Shown here: positions 62,483 to 64,000 of the stretch, piece after piece
Layout of the letters: every line of letters starts with the position of its first letter
How positions within the stretch are numbered: the stretch's first letter is position 1
Source of the DNA: Octopus bimaculoides
Taxonomy: Eukaryota
NCBI RefSeq assembly: GCF_001194135.2
Contig: NC_068987.1
Coordinates: 96,982,039-97,046,038, forward strand
Length of the DNA stretch: 64,000 nucleotides
Direction: 5' to 3'
The notes under the pieces: model-generated
Seen by the model: only the letters and a program-made list of their open reading frames with translations
Databases searched by the model: none
What the model was told of the DNA's origin: nothing
Position numbers and translations under genes: made by a program

Positions 62483-62971
62483 AATTATTGTGTATAGTGC
62501 TCAGGTGCACTACAACTCATCAAAGGTGCATGTATAGTACACAGAATTATGTACAAAAGTCAGGAAAGTGAACTGTGTATGGGACATGATGTACATGTGT
62601 GCATATGTATGAAGGGGACATCAGGTATTGGCAAATTTCAGGAAGCATGGAAGTTTTAAAGGATACACTCAGATGCGTATATAAACACAAAAATAGAATT
62701 ATACTCATGCATAAACACATAGAAATACATAACAGAAAAAAAAATCATTCTCTCATTGTCGTACACAAACAATAAACAACTGCACACACGGTCGGCGAGT
62801 CACCAACGGAGTCTCTGTGTGGTCGTTCATCGTGCTAAAAATAACAGCCAAATCTCCTTCAAAGTTTCGGCGTGGATAAAATAAGTAGCAGTCAAATACT
62901 AGGGTCGATGTTATCGGTTTGCTTTCTTCCTTCAAACTTGTTAGTCTCTTGCCAAAATTAGAAAGAAAAAA

Positions 62972-64000
62972 GCGGCGAGCTAGCAAAATCGTTAGCATGC
63001 CGGACAAAATGCTTAACCACATTTCTTCTGGCTTTAAAGTCTGTGATCAAATTCTGTCGAGGTCGACTTCGCCTGTGATTCTTTCGGGATGGATATAGTA
63101 AGAACTGGTCTTGTACTGGAATCATTGTTATTGACCAGCCTTCCCCTCCTCCTCCTCCAAAATTTCAGGTACAAAAGACTGTTGTTTTTGTGAGACAACA
63201 CGCAGGCAAAATCGTTTGCGCGAGAAACATAGTGCCAAGTGGTATTTCTTCTGGGGCTCTATGTTCTGAGTTCGAATCTCGCTGAAGTCAACTTTTCATC
63301 CTGTCGGGGTCGATATAATACAGTACCAGTCAAGCACTAGGAATATTTAATTGACTAGCCACCTCTACCCTCACCCTAAAATTACTGACCTTGCGTCAAA
63401 ATTTGGACCCTTTATAATGATAATTATTATTATTGTTGTTGCTGTTGTTCTCTAACCCCAGATAAGTCTAAGGCATTTCAGCCATGACGATTCCATCTTG
63501 ATTTTAGGTGTAATGTAATAAAATTTACACAATTCGTTATGTCATAAAAGAAGTGAACGAGTATGATATATTGGAGATTTGAAGGCGGTGAGCTGGCAGA
63601 AGCGTTAGCACGCCGGGCGAAATGCTTAGTGGTATTTCGTCTGCCGTTACGTTCTGAGTTCAAATCACGCCGAGGTCGGCTTTGCCTTTCATCCTTTCGG
63701 GATCAATAAATTAAGTACCAGTTACGCACTGGAGTCGATGTAATCGACTTAATCTCCTTGTCTATCCTTGTTTGTCCCCTCTATGGTTAGCCCCCTTGTG
63801 GGCAATAAAGAAATAAGAAACATTAGCACGCTGGGCGAAATGCTTAACGGTATTTCGCCTGTCTTTTCGTTCTGAGTTCAAATCACGCCGAGGTCGACTT
63901 TGCCTTTCATCCTTTAAGGGTCGATAAATTAAGTACCAGTTGCATACTGGGGTCGATGTAATCGACTGGCCCCGCTCCTCCAAAATTTTGGGCCTTGTGC
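62972..64000 (+). mobile_element. Run of four SINE family A copies (62972-63165, ~63200-63410, 63582-63815, 63816-64000)
   Basis: Head/core motifs; the last two are fused head-to-tail. Confidence 0.82.

Overview
AT-rich, microsatellite-dense eukaryotic DNA with many N-gaps, most consistent with an octopus (coleoid cephalopod) draft scaffold. That assignment is inferred from the repeat families, not proven. The window is mostly transposon debris: tRNA-derived SINEs of at least three types, R4/Dong-type restriction-like-endonuclease (RLE) LINE fragments, RTE and other LINE fossils, Tc1 and mariner fossils, MITEs and Penelope-like repeats. No host gene can be named; there are only a few weak exon candidates. 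I see no CRISPR array, rRNA, true tRNA gene or prokaryotic-type system. Best leads: (1) four truncated copies of an RLE LINE lineage, all with both junctions at or next to (CATA)n-type tetranucleotide repeat, distinct from the (TAA)n-inserted Dong lineage also present; (2) five copies of a ~570-bp non-coding element found only in (TAA)n, a candidate non-autonomous partner of Dong; (3) several hammerhead-ribozyme-like motifs, one a complete type I fold with a single core substitution. Coordinates of degenerate repeats are approximate (about +/-10-20 bp). All alignments and folds were done by eye.
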